This document shows positions 11,401 through 23,307 of a stretch of 64,000 nucleotides of DNA, piece after piece; the stretch's first letter is position 1; each line of letters starts with the position of its first letter. Under the pieces are notes generated by a model. The model saw nothing but the letters and a program-made list of their open reading frames with translations, ran no database searches and was not told where the DNA came from. This DNA comes from Lingula anatina. Lineage: Eukaryota; Animalia; Brachiopoda. The stretch spans positions 67,186,788-67,250,787 of the forward strand of contig CM120640.1 in assembly GCA_051362555.1 (NCBI GenBank). The letters are read 5' to 3'. The position numbers were made by a program, and so were the translations under genes.

Positions 11401-14400
11401 TTCATCACGCTATATCTACAGGCATGTCACTTTTGCATTATAGAATTTTTGAAATATTTCTCTTCATAAAACTTTTCAAAATCGAAAAATGAGTCTAGGA
11501 CAGGAGAGATGCTAATTTTTCTAAAACCTCTCTTCGATTTATTCTCCATTCTCCATTCAAAAATAAAAAAATCACCCTTTTTAAAATCTACATGTACCCG
11601 CAAGACAATCTGACCTCTATTATCAGTGTTGAAAAAGTTGACAAAGAAAAAACATGCAACGTCAATAGAAGCAAAGAATTGGCATCTCATTTATCAGTCC
11701 CCACAGGGAGGTGTGGTGTCAAGGTCACTGGTATCATGCAGTGAACAGGTGAGACTGGGCAAGTCACACCCAAAAAAATTCTACTGTAAAGTTCCATCTG
11801 ATTCGACTTATTCTTAGGAGCCTGACTCTTTTCCTTGTACATATTTCTACTATTGCTCAGAAATTAAATAAATTTTGGAGTCCAGACACTTTATCAGGGA
11901 AAAAATAGCATTGAACAGTATTTTTTTTCTGAACAAATTGGTTCTAATCTGAATCTTAAAATAAGATTTCATAACTTTTCACTGTAAAGCAGATTCAGCC
12001 AAATGTGGCCAAAAATGCATTAGAAAACACCCATAGAAAACACTATAGATATCAAGAATAAAAAAGAGAGACACCAATTCCACGTGTAGGGAAATTTCAA
12101 ATTTCGAAAAAAAAATTTTTTTAATCAAGCAAGGGCAAAAGCAGGTGATGTTCGTGTTGCAAATTCCTCTGTCCTGTTTTCTAGACCACTGGCTGATAAA
12201 GGTAAAGACAATGTGACAAGTAACTGTTTACTTGAACTGGTACCACCATAACTGCAAACTTCGATAAAACTGATCTGAGTAAAATCAGTCAAGTGCCAAA
12301 AGAAGACCTTCCTGGTGTAAAATAAAATATAATATAATTGTTTACTTCTCCCCACTTCTAATCTATGAAATATGTTCTCTGGTTATATGGATCTGAAAAG
12401 TTTTAAATAATTTTCACAGTGCCTTTGTTTTATTTTTCGGAATCTTGACTCTTCAAAGGCACTGAACAAAGAACATCTGCCATAACTTTCACATAAAAAT
12501 GCCTTTTTTAAATCTTGCTTGTGAAGATATTGATAAATATTCAAGATAATTAAACTAACTTTTCTCCATTTTTTTAGTCCAAAAACATGTTGCAGGTATA
12601 ATACCAGACACTGTAAAAACAAAATGTACCACTAATATCAGATAGACACATTTTAAAAAGAAGAGCATGAAACCTGTCTTGCCTTTGTAGTACAAGAATG
12701 ATAAATAAACCTGCCACAAATTTTAGACTGAATGACAAATGTGAAAGCATGCAAACCAATTGCACAGACTGAAGGCAGGTATTGTCAGCAGTGGTGTGTT
12801 GGTGTGTTTTTACATACTTTAAAAAAAAGCCTTTTTTCACGAAGGACTGTCCTGGACAAAGAGTGTGTGGTACACATGGCCATTAAATGTATGAAATAAA
12901 GGCAATTCAACTTGTCTTACCATGTACAATTGTAATCTGGGGAAATTCTACTACTTTTCAAACAATTGTCCTTGGACTAATAAAGTGCCACACCCATGGC
13001 ACAAAACAAACTAAGTGATCATAATAAATATATACAAACATATACAGTATGTGTGTGTGTGGGGGGGGGGGGCAGGTTTGTGTAAAACCATGCAGGGAAA
13101 ATTTACGATATTTTTAAATAATAGTTACCTGACTAAATCCACTGCATACCCATGGCACCATGTGAGAATAGTAGTGTGCATCTGCATAGTTTAGTTTTAC
13201 ACCAAAACTGGTGTTTTTACATTTCAATATTGAAACAAAAATACATCTGGGTTAATGCCAGACATGTGCACTGACCTGGGATTTGGGGGGGGGGGGGGGG
13301 GGGGGGGGGGTACAGATCAAGCCCCAATAAAAATTTAATTCCTTGGATAATTTCTTGGAAATGGTGGATTTCTTAGAACTTGACATTTAATGTTGGGCCT
13401 TCAATCAAACTACTGGACTGTCCCATGTAACCCAGGTCAATGAGCACTCTATGCTACTTACGTTGAGTTCAAACACTGCAATCCCAATGCCACTGGATGC
13501 ACCAGACCCTGCTAAGCCAATAAAATGACCACTGCCAATATTACTGGCAAACAACGAAGCTCCAACCTGGAAATAAATTAATTTTATTATTCTTACAATC
13601 AATTTAAAAACAGACCGACATAAAATATAAATATTAAATATTTGGAATATATTTGACATTAAACAGATCAGATGCACATCTTCAAGAACAGTCAGTTTAA
13701 CCTGTAAACATGTTCTGCCATTATATAGTGCCATACTTATAGATTTTATGTCCTTTTGGTGTGCACCACAACATTTGTTTCTTATTGCATTTCCCTCTTT
13801 ACAAAAAATATATCATATGAGCCACAAACGTGGAAGAGACCCAAATCGTGGATGGAAAGGATGGAAGTTTGCATTATTTATAATGACCCCCCTGCTACTG
13901 TCAAGAAATAACCAAGAGCAGTCAATAAAGCAGTTCAGCATGTTTATTCACACAACCCACTATCCTTTATATTGAAAATCTATTCTCATGTTTGCACTAG
14001 AAACCATCTTTTACGTGTTTATTTTTACATGCTTTTTTTCTTAAGGATGTGCACTCGACCTTCCCAAGACTGGTACAGAATATAATAGTATATCTTTCTG
14101 ACATTGGATAAACAAGACTCATACCTCCCACTTACACATTTGGAGAAAAAAAACAAAAAGGATGTCCCCATTTCATTAGAAAAAAGTGGTATAAGTGACT
14201 AATAAATATCTTTAGTTTTCCTGTCATTTTGATGATTCAACATGAAACTGCAGACACCCAACTGGGATCTTCCTTCAGATTTTGAAAGTAAAGTGGTTTC
14301 TGGGGATTGGCATTACTCATATATCTACAAAATATGCATCTTAAATGCTTATGTAGTTCTGACTTAGTATAACTAAATTTCAAGTTAAATGAGCAACAAC

Positions 14401-17400
14401 AAACAGGTATAGTGTTATGTAAAGGAAGCCCAAATATTTTCTTTGGCTATACATGGTTATATTCTGCATACATAAAGTTGTTGTTTTGGTCAAACTCTAG
14501 TACTTTAAGACCACCATTATGTCAGGTCCAGCCAAAGTTAAATGTGACCTAGACCCACCACAAGTTATAAAACCTTCATCCTAGGACCCTCAAAAGAGTA
14601 AATTATACAAATTCATCACTGCTAAAGAACATCAGCAAATGTTGACACAGCAAACACTGCCACTGCCTTGGTGGTATTATTAGGATAACTCACCACAGAT
14701 ATGGTGACATTTCCCCTGCATTTTATATCGTATCTATTGAAACCTATGTTATAGTTAAAGATAAGCCTGATTTTTTGTATGCCTTGTATCTTTTAAGAAC
14801 CTTTGTTAACAAATTTTGATAAATGGTGCAGGGCTGTGTCAGCCTATTCAAGCACTAAATTCCTCAACTATGATCTCATTTAAGTTAAATACAAATTATA
14901 CAAGGTACTGTTAGAAGAGAAAACCACTGCTTTAATTCAAGTGCTGAACAACCACAATGACATAATATTCACATATATTACGATTTTTTAAAAGGTTGTC
15001 CTGTATGAACTGTATTTGGGGAGGTTCATTTTGATCTCCCTTTATTGCCTTAATATCAATCTATTAAAATAATGTATTCCTTTCAAGGCAAGTTTAAATA
15101 TAATGAAGGTTTGTAATTTAGACAGCATGGGTAACAGGTGCTACTGTACTAGGTTTAGGAGAAACCAACAACAAGTTACAACAGCCAGGATATTATATTC
15201 CACAATTGTGACAATTAAAAGAATAGAATAGAATGGATGAGTATCAGAACTTACAGGAATCCAATGCATGCTTCTTCCTGCCAAGAAGTAACCTCCAACA
15301 CTGCCTCGATTTCTGCATGATGACTGAAAATTTTAAAAATAAATATAATGTTACAGAAATACATTTCAAAAAATGCAAACAAAAACATTCAATTTAATAA
15401 CATCAGCACTGTTGAAATGACATTTTCTACTCTCTATTGCTGTTTGATACTGAAAATTGTTCAGGCAAACTGACACTGTAGGTCAGTTCCCAACAGCCTC
15501 TAAATCTCTGGGTGTGACCACTTTGAACATCTCATAAAACTTTTTATTTACAAAATGAAATATTCACTTAATTTGTGTTTTGTAAATTGAAATATGCAGC
15601 TTTTGATTTTCAAACCTCAAAATTAAAACCAAACTTTAATTAAAAACAAGTCAGCAAAGCTGTCAAATGTACAGACAAAAAAACAGGCAATAACTATGCA
15701 GAAAATAGGCTACTGTCAATTCTGATGCAAAAGTAAATTATGTTAAACTGCAAATTCAACATCAAATTTAAATTATGCTCAACAGGTAATACCAATGTAA
15801 GTAAAATGTGTAACAAGTTAACACTTTGAAAATGTTTAACCTCCAGAAAAAGAAGCCAATTAGACTGCTTTTCAAACTCAGGCTGCATTTTAGTCCTGTA
15901 TTTCTTTTTAGAAAGTTAGGCAATCATAAGTAACATGGTTTTCCCATAATGGTCCTCATGGCAGCAGCACGTTTTTTTCAAATTTTGATGCAATATTACA
16001 TAATGTTTAACAGCATAATGACCATCAATTTTAATAATAAAATATTAGTATTATGGATATTCAGAAAATGTGACTAGCAAAGGTCTTCAGGCCCATGGAA
16101 CTTCAAAGTCACAACAACAAAAAAAGCATAACTACTACAATAGTTGCCCCGATCATGCTGATTTTCGAACATGACCTGCGTTTTATGAATATTCATCAGC
16201 TTTGTAAATATATAGCCAAAAAGTAAAACTGCCTTCCACTTATCGTGTTTACAATGAAAGTGCATGGCGTCGGCGACAGAGACAGTGACGGCGACGACAG
16301 ACGCAGGTGATGGCAATATGTACAGACACATCTGTGCATATTTACTGTATTGTTTGAGACCAGTAAGTGACATGGTTTTTCTTAAATGGTCATTATGGGA
16401 GCAGTGCCCAAAATAGATTTTTTTCAAATTTTGATGCAATATTACATAATGTTTAACAGCATAATGACCATCAATTTTTAATAATAAAATATTAGTATCA
16501 TGGATATTCAGAAAATGTGACTAGCAAAGGTCTTCAGGCCCATGGAACTTCAAAGTCACAACTTGAAAATGCCAAAATGTAAACAAGACAGCACTGTTCT
16601 GAAATGGGTTTTTTTTTTATTTTTAACAATTTTTTTAACATAAAACAAAATTAACAGGTTACTGCCATTTTTATACGATCAACTAAGAAAATTGATGACA
16701 TGGGAAAAATATCAATACAACAGTGCTGAATGTCCAATTTCCTCCATTCTGAGATTCTGAACATAGTGAATGATTGAATCTGACAAACTGCAATGATATG
16801 AGTTTATTTCCATTTTTGAAACTTTATTACACAATACACGATAACAAGCTTACCATCATTTTTACAAAATCAACTAATAATGTTGTAAAGACTCAACCTG
16901 TGTTTTAGTAAGATTGCCCACTCCTGTGAGTTTAATGACAATTGGCCTATCTGTTTTTCTTATATTGTGTTTACAGTGTTGCATATATGCTGAAAAAAGA
17001 AAAAACAGCATAACTTCTACAATAATGGCCCGATCATGCTGATTTTGGAACTTGACCTGCGTTTTATGAATATTCATCAGCTCTGTAAATATAAAGCCAA
17101 AAAGTAAAACTGTCCTCCACTTATCGTGTTTACAAGGAAAGTGCACGGCATCGGCGACGGCATCGGCGACGACAGACGCAGGTGATGGCAATATGTACAG
17201 ACACATCTGTGTCTGTACATAAAAAGTGAAAAATAGAAATACAACAGACCCTAGTATTTTAAATAAATATATACCACTCCTTTAGCCTATTTATAAGAAA
17301 GTTTGCCTAAAAACTGTGTAGAGATTACACCCCATACAAACTGCTGTTTACACAAGACATACTGTCCTGATTTATCAGGGCACACCTGTCATTTTTTCAA

Positions 17401-18296
17401 AAATTCACAACAATTCCATTTTCAATGCGCCCACAAGTCCTGAGGTGTTATTTGATGAGGCATCCACTGTTCCACATTTCTGGGTCAACAGGTTGAGCAG
17501 TAACACTGCACAATAAGCTTCTCCTGAATCATAATGCAAACCGATCTCTGCCTCTGTACATAGTGCTATTAATAATTTTACCTTATACAGCTGCTTTTAA
17601 GACACCTTGGCAAAGCAGATACACAGCATTAGCATTATTTTTATTTTTGTATTAGTATTGTGCCTCAGGAATGTGCCCTTTTTGACATCAAAACTAATTG
17701 CTGTGCCAGTTACCTGTTTACTAAGTGCTGTCAAAGGACTGGTGACAATTCTGGCTGTTAATTTCTCATTATAACTGATAATCATATTAAGGGATTAATT
17801 TAATATGGATAAGAGAAGCATAATGATTTTTAAAAGATTTAAAAACACCTTCAGTTTAAACAGAAATATACTGATTGATTCTGCAAAATCGCTAAAAGAA
17901 AAACAGTGATATGGCCTGGCACATATAGAGTGAAAAGCTCGCTGTAAAAAAGTAAATTCACGCCAAATAGACTGATCCCGAGTTAATAACTACCCAAATA
18001 GGGCGTGACAGTGCGCTGATTCAGTACAAGCATTCTAGACTTGTTCTATGTAAATATAAATTACTATATGCTTTTCGTGATAAGAGTCCACAATGTTGGT
18101 TTACTGCTGAGGTGACACCATTCCTGTGCGCCTTTAAAATCAACAGGTGCCTAACTAGCGTCGTCCTGATATCTACAACACCTGAAGTGAAACGGCTTAC
18201 CCAAATTCCGACGGCCATCACAGCAGCAAGATATCCCAATATCACGAGGATATCTCCCCAGTGGAGAGCTGTTTCCCCTAACGAATATTCAACCAT
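1..18296 (-). CDS. SLC5A (SGLT-type) sodium/monosaccharide cotransporter gene span; at least 12 exon positions, exon 8 in 4 alternative copies; 3' end beyond window start
   Basis: Spliced translation gives SSS/SGLT motifs: [79 protein letters not shown]. All introns are GT-AG with matching phases. Orthology within SLC5A1/2/4/9/10/11 cannot be resolved by eye. Confidence 0.96.
437..599 (-). CDS. SLC5A exon 11 ([54 protein letters not shown])
   Basis: 163 nt, CAG/GTAATT, phase 2/0. Confidence 0.94.
1004..1262 (-). CDS. SLC5A exon 10 ([21 protein letters not shown]...[34 protein letters not shown]...ELMIVGR)
   Basis: 259 nt, CAG/GTATGG, phase 1/2; TM8 Na2-site serines. Confidence 0.95.
1650..1785 (-). 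CDS. SLC5A exon 9 ([45 protein letters not shown])
   Basis: 136 nt, TAG/GTAACA, phase 0/1; continues WCSDQ into VIVQR. Confidence 0.95.
2952..3166 (-). CDS. SLC5A alternative exon 8d ([71 protein letters not shown])
   Basis: 215 nt (3n+2), TAG acceptor, GTATAG donor, open frame, phase 1/0. Not in the ORF track; translated by hand. Confidence 0.92.
3507..3721 (-). CDS. SLC5A alternative exon 8c ([71 protein letters not shown])
   Basis: 215 nt (3n+2), CAG acceptor, GTAACT donor, open frame, phase 1/0. Confidence 0.92.
4656..4703. repeat. 48-nt poly(A) run (poly-U in the SLC5A pre-mRNA) just downstream of exon 8b
   Basis: Direct reading. Confidence 0.9.
4721..4944 (-). CDS. SLC5A alternative exon 8b ([74 protein letters not shown])
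   Basis: 224 nt (3n+2), TAG acceptor, GTCAGG donor, open frame, phase 1/0. Confidence 0.92.
5749..5957 (-). CDS. SLC5A alternative exon 8a ([69 protein letters not shown])
   Basis: 209 nt (3n+2), TAG acceptor, GTACAG donor, open frame, phase 1/0. Confidence 0.92.
6822..6902 (-). CDS. SLC5A exon 7 ([27 protein letters not shown])
   Basis: 81 nt, TAG/GTGAGT, phase 1/1; SSS family signature region. Confidence 0.94.
6987..7044. repeat. 58-bp near-perfect palindrome (29-bp arms, 3 mismatches) in SLC5A intron 6
   Basis: ATTTTAAACCCACCTAGGCAAGACTGAAA|TTTCAATCTTGCCTAGGCGGATTTAAAAT. Confidence 0.85.
7301..7406 (-). CDS. SLC5A exon 6 ([36 protein letters not shown])
   Basis: 106 nt, CAG/GTAAGA, ends in phase 1. 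Confidence 0.94.
7660..7764 (-). CDS. SLC5A exon 5 ([35 protein letters not shown])
   Basis: 105 nt, CAG/GTAAGT; conserved TMPEYL.KRFGG motif. Confidence 0.95.
8338..8397 (-). CDS. SLC5A exon 4 ([20 protein letters not shown])
   Basis: 60 nt, CAG/GTGAGT, phase 0/0. Confidence 0.93.
8403..8460. repeat. Compound (AAC)n(AAT)n microsatellite abutting the SLC5A exon 4 acceptor
   Basis: Direct reading. Confidence 0.9.
13462..13566 (-). CDS. SLC5A exon 3 ([35 protein letters not shown])
   Basis: 105 nt, CAG/GTAAGT; TM1 Na+/sugar-binding motif. Confidence 0.95.
15255..15323 (-). CDS. SLC5A exon 2 ([23 protein letters not shown])
   Basis: 69 nt, TTTTCAG acceptor and GTAAGT donor, phase 0/0. Confidence 0.93.
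15642..17225 (-). mobile_element. Non-autonomous Helentron-type element (HINE/DINE-1-like), copy 1, in SLC5A intron 1
   Basis: Minus-strand layout: T-run terminus, 14-bp stem-loop TATGTACAGACACA/TGTGTCTGTACATA (about 17192-17221), GC-rich (GCCGAT/GTC) microsatellite, internal tandem subunits, subterminal inverted copy of ATGTACAGAC (about 15667), short CAGC-TTT-GCTG hairpin and TTGTTTTT end. Strongly similar to 40391-43780. Contains an extra partial terminus at about 16120-16337. Confidence 0.75.
18201..18296 (-). CDS. SLC5A exon 1 ([32 protein letters not shown])
   Basis: 96 nt from ATG to a GTAAGC donor; resembles the N-terminal helix of SGLTs (DI.V...Y......VG.W). Confidence 0.88.
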
Positions 18297-18375
18297 CTTC
18301 TTTACGTGTTTCTCTCTCTAGATCTATGCCTGAATGATGCACCTCCTCTCTCACCTGCTCCCTTTCAAATCTGGC

Positions 18376-18404
18376 GACGTGACCTTTTGACGTCAACTAG
18401 GTCG
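18376..18404. promoter_or_regulatory. Candidate SLC5A proximal promoter cluster: full CRE palindrome TTGACGTCAA (18387-18396), adjacent ACGT core and AGGTCA half-site (minus strand)
   Basis: Lies about 90-100 nt upstream of the ATG, in a locally CpG-retaining stretch (about 17900-18620) within otherwise CpG-poor DNA. TSS unknown. Confidence 0.45.
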
Positions 18405-18664
18405 CTTGGGGGAAGGACAGGAGAACAATACTTCCGAAAATCATTTTTGCACGTACACGCTTTTCGTGGTCTTTTGTGCTTTTTTTCTCCGCACACTATA
18501 TTGATAGCAGTCGTGATATTTTCGTTGTTTAAGGTGACTTGAGTTATTATAGTAAAACATGTCTTTGCAAAAACTAAAACGGCTAAATTCAAAGACTACG
18601 AGGAATTTCGTTGATATGGTCTCTGCAAAAAGAAATATCAAAAAAGTGTTTGTGGGTGCGTGAT

Positions 18665-18697
18665 TGAGAGAGAGCGAGAGAGAGAGAGAGAGAGAGA
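18665..18697. repeat. (GA)n microsatellite upstream of SLC5A
   Basis: Direct reading. Confidence 0.85.
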
Positions 18698-21600
18698 TCA
18701 GTTAGTAACAGTTAGTAACAGTAACATGATAAAGCAGGCTGGAGGCGAGCTTCCTATAATAAATGAAACTCTGGGTGTAGAATTATTTGATGAATTTTGT
18801 ATTCCAGAGTGGAACGTAATAGGAAATTAAATGGGCCTTCAGACAAGGAAGTGATTAATTCTGCCCGCACAGGCTTGAAAAAGGATGAAGAATTTCAGGC
18901 ACAGTTATCCCAGCCTCTGCTTCCTAGCTGTGGTTGAACGGATGGGGTTAATCATTTTTTTAAGTTCTACACACAGTGCCAAATTGATTTTTAGACAGTT
19001 TGACAATTCAGTCGTTCATATAATGAATTTATCTTTCGTAACTTTTACCCAGAGCTGTGTAGATGATATCATGTTCTCTGAAGAGACCAATTGGAAAATA
19101 AAATTCCTTTCCCACTGTTACACCTTTCTTATTTGTTATATATTTTTGCGTTGGTGTGAATACACATGTCAGAACAAACTAGAAATATTTTAATTATAAT
19201 TTACGCATGATAATTTCTCCTCACGATTGTACAAGTAGCACTTATTCTGATATAAAATATCCAACACAAAAACACTTGTGTCACTTTAGAAATCTTATTT
19301 AGTTACATAGGCATCCCAGTGTTATAGCACTGCACTAATTAACTTGGACAACTTAGTTGGTGTTGGACACATATCTCTTTATACTCATTTCTAAAATAAT
19401 TAATAAAGAACAGAAACATCTAAAGGATATATGGCTTTATTTCTCTTGAATTTTAAACCAACTTTCTGTAAACCTAGAATTGAAAAAAAGCTTAGATTCA
19501 ATGTTTCCTTGGTGCAAAATTAAAATACTCTTATATTGTCAAAGCAAGTATTTCTTAAAATATTATTATCTCAAAACACTGGTATGTTCTTTTATGTCAA
19601 TTTAGCTTGATTGTTTATTTAAGAAAGAATAATTGCCTGTTAAATAAATTTCAAGAGTTCACCAACAGATCCCAGTGAGTTGAAAGTTAATTAAAACTGT
19701 TGATTGTAGTTAATGACACTTGTGTTTCATCTTGAAAGGATAACAACTGTTTATTTTGGCAGGGAAAGTGCCACAAAATGGATTTCCCAGGGGTAAACAA
19801 CATTTTCCCCATACTTTCCAATAATGGTTAATGAATCCATTCCAACAGAAAGAGTTAGTCAACTTTTTTTTCTTAAAATGTCTTTTTTGTAATAATCTCT
19901 TCAGATATCATTAAAATGCAGATTTGATGCATAAATGAAATTCCCTATATTTCTACTTGTTTATGATGCATTTGTGGGATTTTGAATCTCACATGAACAG
20001 TTGTTACCCCCTTAATATGCACATGGTGTACGATCTTCCTTTGATCAAAACATACAATCAAGACTGCATGTATTGTGGTAGGTGGGATGTGTGCAGAATT
20101 GTGGAATGTCTGCAGATTCTCACAGCTAAGATAATCGTTTCCCACAACCTGAGCAAGATGCCAGACAACACTCAATTTAATTTTCTTCATCGGTTTTCCT
20201 ATCCCCATTTTTCCTATCTTATCCTTCATATGTCACAGTTAAATTGTTTTCTTTGCCAAAGAGTAAATTCTGTTTCATTTTTCCCATGGCAGCACAAGCC
20301 CTTGGCATTTGGGGTACATGTAGTACAGGGTCTATTGCACTGAAATGGCATGTTCTTACATTACAAATGCACAACTAAATTCCACTTCCGAATTGAGAAC
20401 AAAGAAATCAATTTCTGAGAAAATGAAAGGTTCAGAAAAAAGAGCCAATTTAGTATCCTGCACTTTTCTCATTATCTCCATTCTCTTAGTAATGCACTTT
20501 GCAACCTTTTGCTCACTGGCCTTTGGACAAGCCATTACATTTCTTCAGTAAAATTGCAACAATGTGGACCTGTACATATAATTTATTTACGATTTCAGTC
20601 AAAATACTTAAAGCATGCAAGAGCTTGCAGAACTTGTTACTGAAGGTTTTATTTTTTATTGTCTGAAAAAAGAACCAATTTAATGGTACAGAAAGACAAC
20701 AAATCAAATCAATATTTCAAAAATGGTTTCTTTGACATATACCCACAGCTGCAGAAATAGGATTAGTATCTTTTAGCAAAACACATAATGTATGTGATAA
20801 AACATCTATAGAACTTGCACTATCTGAACAACACAATTTTACAGCAGTCAGCATCCAGAACGAACCTGGCTCTGAAACATACAAACTTAAATGTCAATGA
20901 GAAAAAAATGACAATATAATTACAATCATGGTATGACACAGAAAAAAATTTAACAATGAAGGAAAAACTGACGCTAATAAATAACATAATAAAATATGGT
21001 TCCATATCTGTACAAGACTGGTTATTAAATACCATGGTTACAAACATGAAATATCTATTTATTTATTTAATTATTTATTCATTCATTTATTTATAGTCAT
21101 TACAGTTAAAAACTAGCCGGCAAAGTGAAAATTCATCTAAAAGCACAGCACGGGACATTGAGGGAATACGTCTCTATGTGAAAACACCTTTCAAATATAT
21201 GCATAACATTATCTTTGTATCATACTTGTGCTTAAAATTCAGATACAAACAAATTGATTTCAATGCCTTTGTGCAAAACAAGTTGGCGCTCAACGCCATC
21301 AAAATTAAAGTGAAAACCCAATGGGTTTTATAATCCTATCAAACTGAACTTATCACTCAATCAATCATCAGTTGCACCAAGTGACCTTTAAATTCTAACC
21401 AAAAAAAAAATCAGAACTCTTGTATGTATACAGTTGTTAGACAACATTTCATTTGGCCAGCTATGTGAACAAATTAGTAAGCAAGAGGTAGCATGTTCAA
21501 AAGGCGTAAAAAACATGGTTGAATAAAGTATGTCAATTTTTTTCTACAAAAAAGAAAAAATATATATCTGTAATTAATAGCTGAAAACTGTAAATTCTTA

Positions 21601-23127
21601 ATGAAAACTTGAGAATTTATTAAGTTTTTCTTTAACAGACGCAAAGCAGTTATTTTCACTTATACCATCTGAACACAGTTCGATGGGATAAACAATTAAG
21701 CACATGATCAGAACAGCACATTTCTCTTCACAATTGCACTATGCTTCCAACAGAAATAGAAACATAATTTCATTGCATCAACCTTGATTAAGAGTCATAA
21801 ATATACATATACAGACACATGGAGTAATGGATATTGGGACACTAAAGTCACTGTTAAAGCTAGTAGCCAGGGCTTTCTGGGGTCTGCCTATCCTTAATAT
21901 ATTATTACATATTATAACCATGGCAAGATGCTGTGTAAACATTTTATGTTCCTTTAACTTGCCCTGTTTTATATGTATCGCCATAGTATAACGGCTGCAG
22001 CCAGCACCCTCTCTCCAATGGCACCGAGTATAAGGTATAATTTCTCTGATAAATATTCCTACATGAACTTAGTGCTTGCAATAATCCAAGACACCACATT
22101 AAATAGATTGCCACTGCCTTTACCAATCATATTATATTAATCATGCCATAATGATCACCATTAAGGAATAAAACACTTAGTCACAAAAGTATTTGCTAAC
22201 CAATAAAAGCACAGCTCTTAATAAACACTATTTATTTAAATGTTCCAGTTTCTATACATGAGCAACCACTGATACTGAATTAAGCTGCTATACTTGCAGC
22301 TAACATGTAGCTACAGCTACAGTGTAAATGATGCTGCAGTAGATATCATCATCATCACTTAAACATGACTTCACATGAAGCAAGTGAAGAAATAAAAGAG
22401 GTAGGTCAACAAAAGCGGTCTGTACAGCCTTGGCTACAGTAATTACGACTCCACGTTCACAATTTTACAAGTTAGCAAAGTCATTCCAAACACCGCCTGG
22501 TTGAACACACAAGGCACCCAATGTAGCCCAATAAGTCTCAGATTGAAAAGTCCTTTATAGACCAGTATTGGTTTTATTGACTTCTTTTCTAGGCTTTTCT
22601 AGGTGCCTTTCCTTCCACTTTGAACATACTGATTGAAATTCCAAACAGTGATTTATCTTTGCCTTCAATCCAGTGCCGCAGGCCCTCCTCCTCTTCCTCC
22701 TCCTCACAATGTCTGACCCTCTCTGTGGGTACAACATGGTCAGCATATCTAAAAGGGAGACAGATACTAATGAACTCAGCCAGACTTGGGCCATGCATTA
22801 TTATCATCTCAAGACTGTGCTGACCTGAGGGAAATAATCAGATCTTTAATTTCAGCTAGCAGAAAGCCAGGAGATCAGCTTACAGGTCCAGGTTCCACTG
22901 GATAAAGGTTATTGTATTCCCCCATGTTGTGTTGACCGCAAACCTTGTACCATGGTTGTTGGTTAGCATGGTAAAATAAAACCCTGTTGATGTCACAGTG
23001 CTATCTGCCTGTTAAACGAGGCTACATCTCTGCTTATTCATTCCAGATTGATTCTGGTCGAATCTTCCTGCATAATCCCCATAATTCACAACAAAAAAGA
23101 TTAATCCCTCCTAAAATCCATCTTCCT

Positions 23128-23307
23128 CTAGCTTCCGTTGCTATTTCTGTGTTCCAGCGGAGGCTTGAAGTTATCTGTGCTATGTGAGAGGGAGTAGTCT
23201 GTGCCATACAGTTTGCTGACTTTCTTGTTCATGTTTGCCATTATCTGTTCAGACATTCGGAAGCCATTAATAATTTCATCTTTCCACTGCGTAATTAAAA
23301 CCCTATC
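23128..23307 (-). CDS. GRK2: GRK last coding exon ([59 protein letters not shown])
   Basis: TAG acceptor, PH C-terminal helix (QWK), TAG stop at 23128-23130. Confidence 0.9.
   Translation of the reverse strand, partial: DRVLITQWKDEIINGFRMSEQIMANMNKKVSKLYGTDYSLSHSTDNFKPPLEHRNSNGS

Noticed and set aside
22555-22823. Overlapping short ORFs with poly-E/R/S runs downstream of GRK
   Set aside because: They arise from a (CCT)n low-complexity run in the presumed 3' UTR. The GRK stop is followed by another in-frame stop within 9 codons, so there is no long read-through extension.
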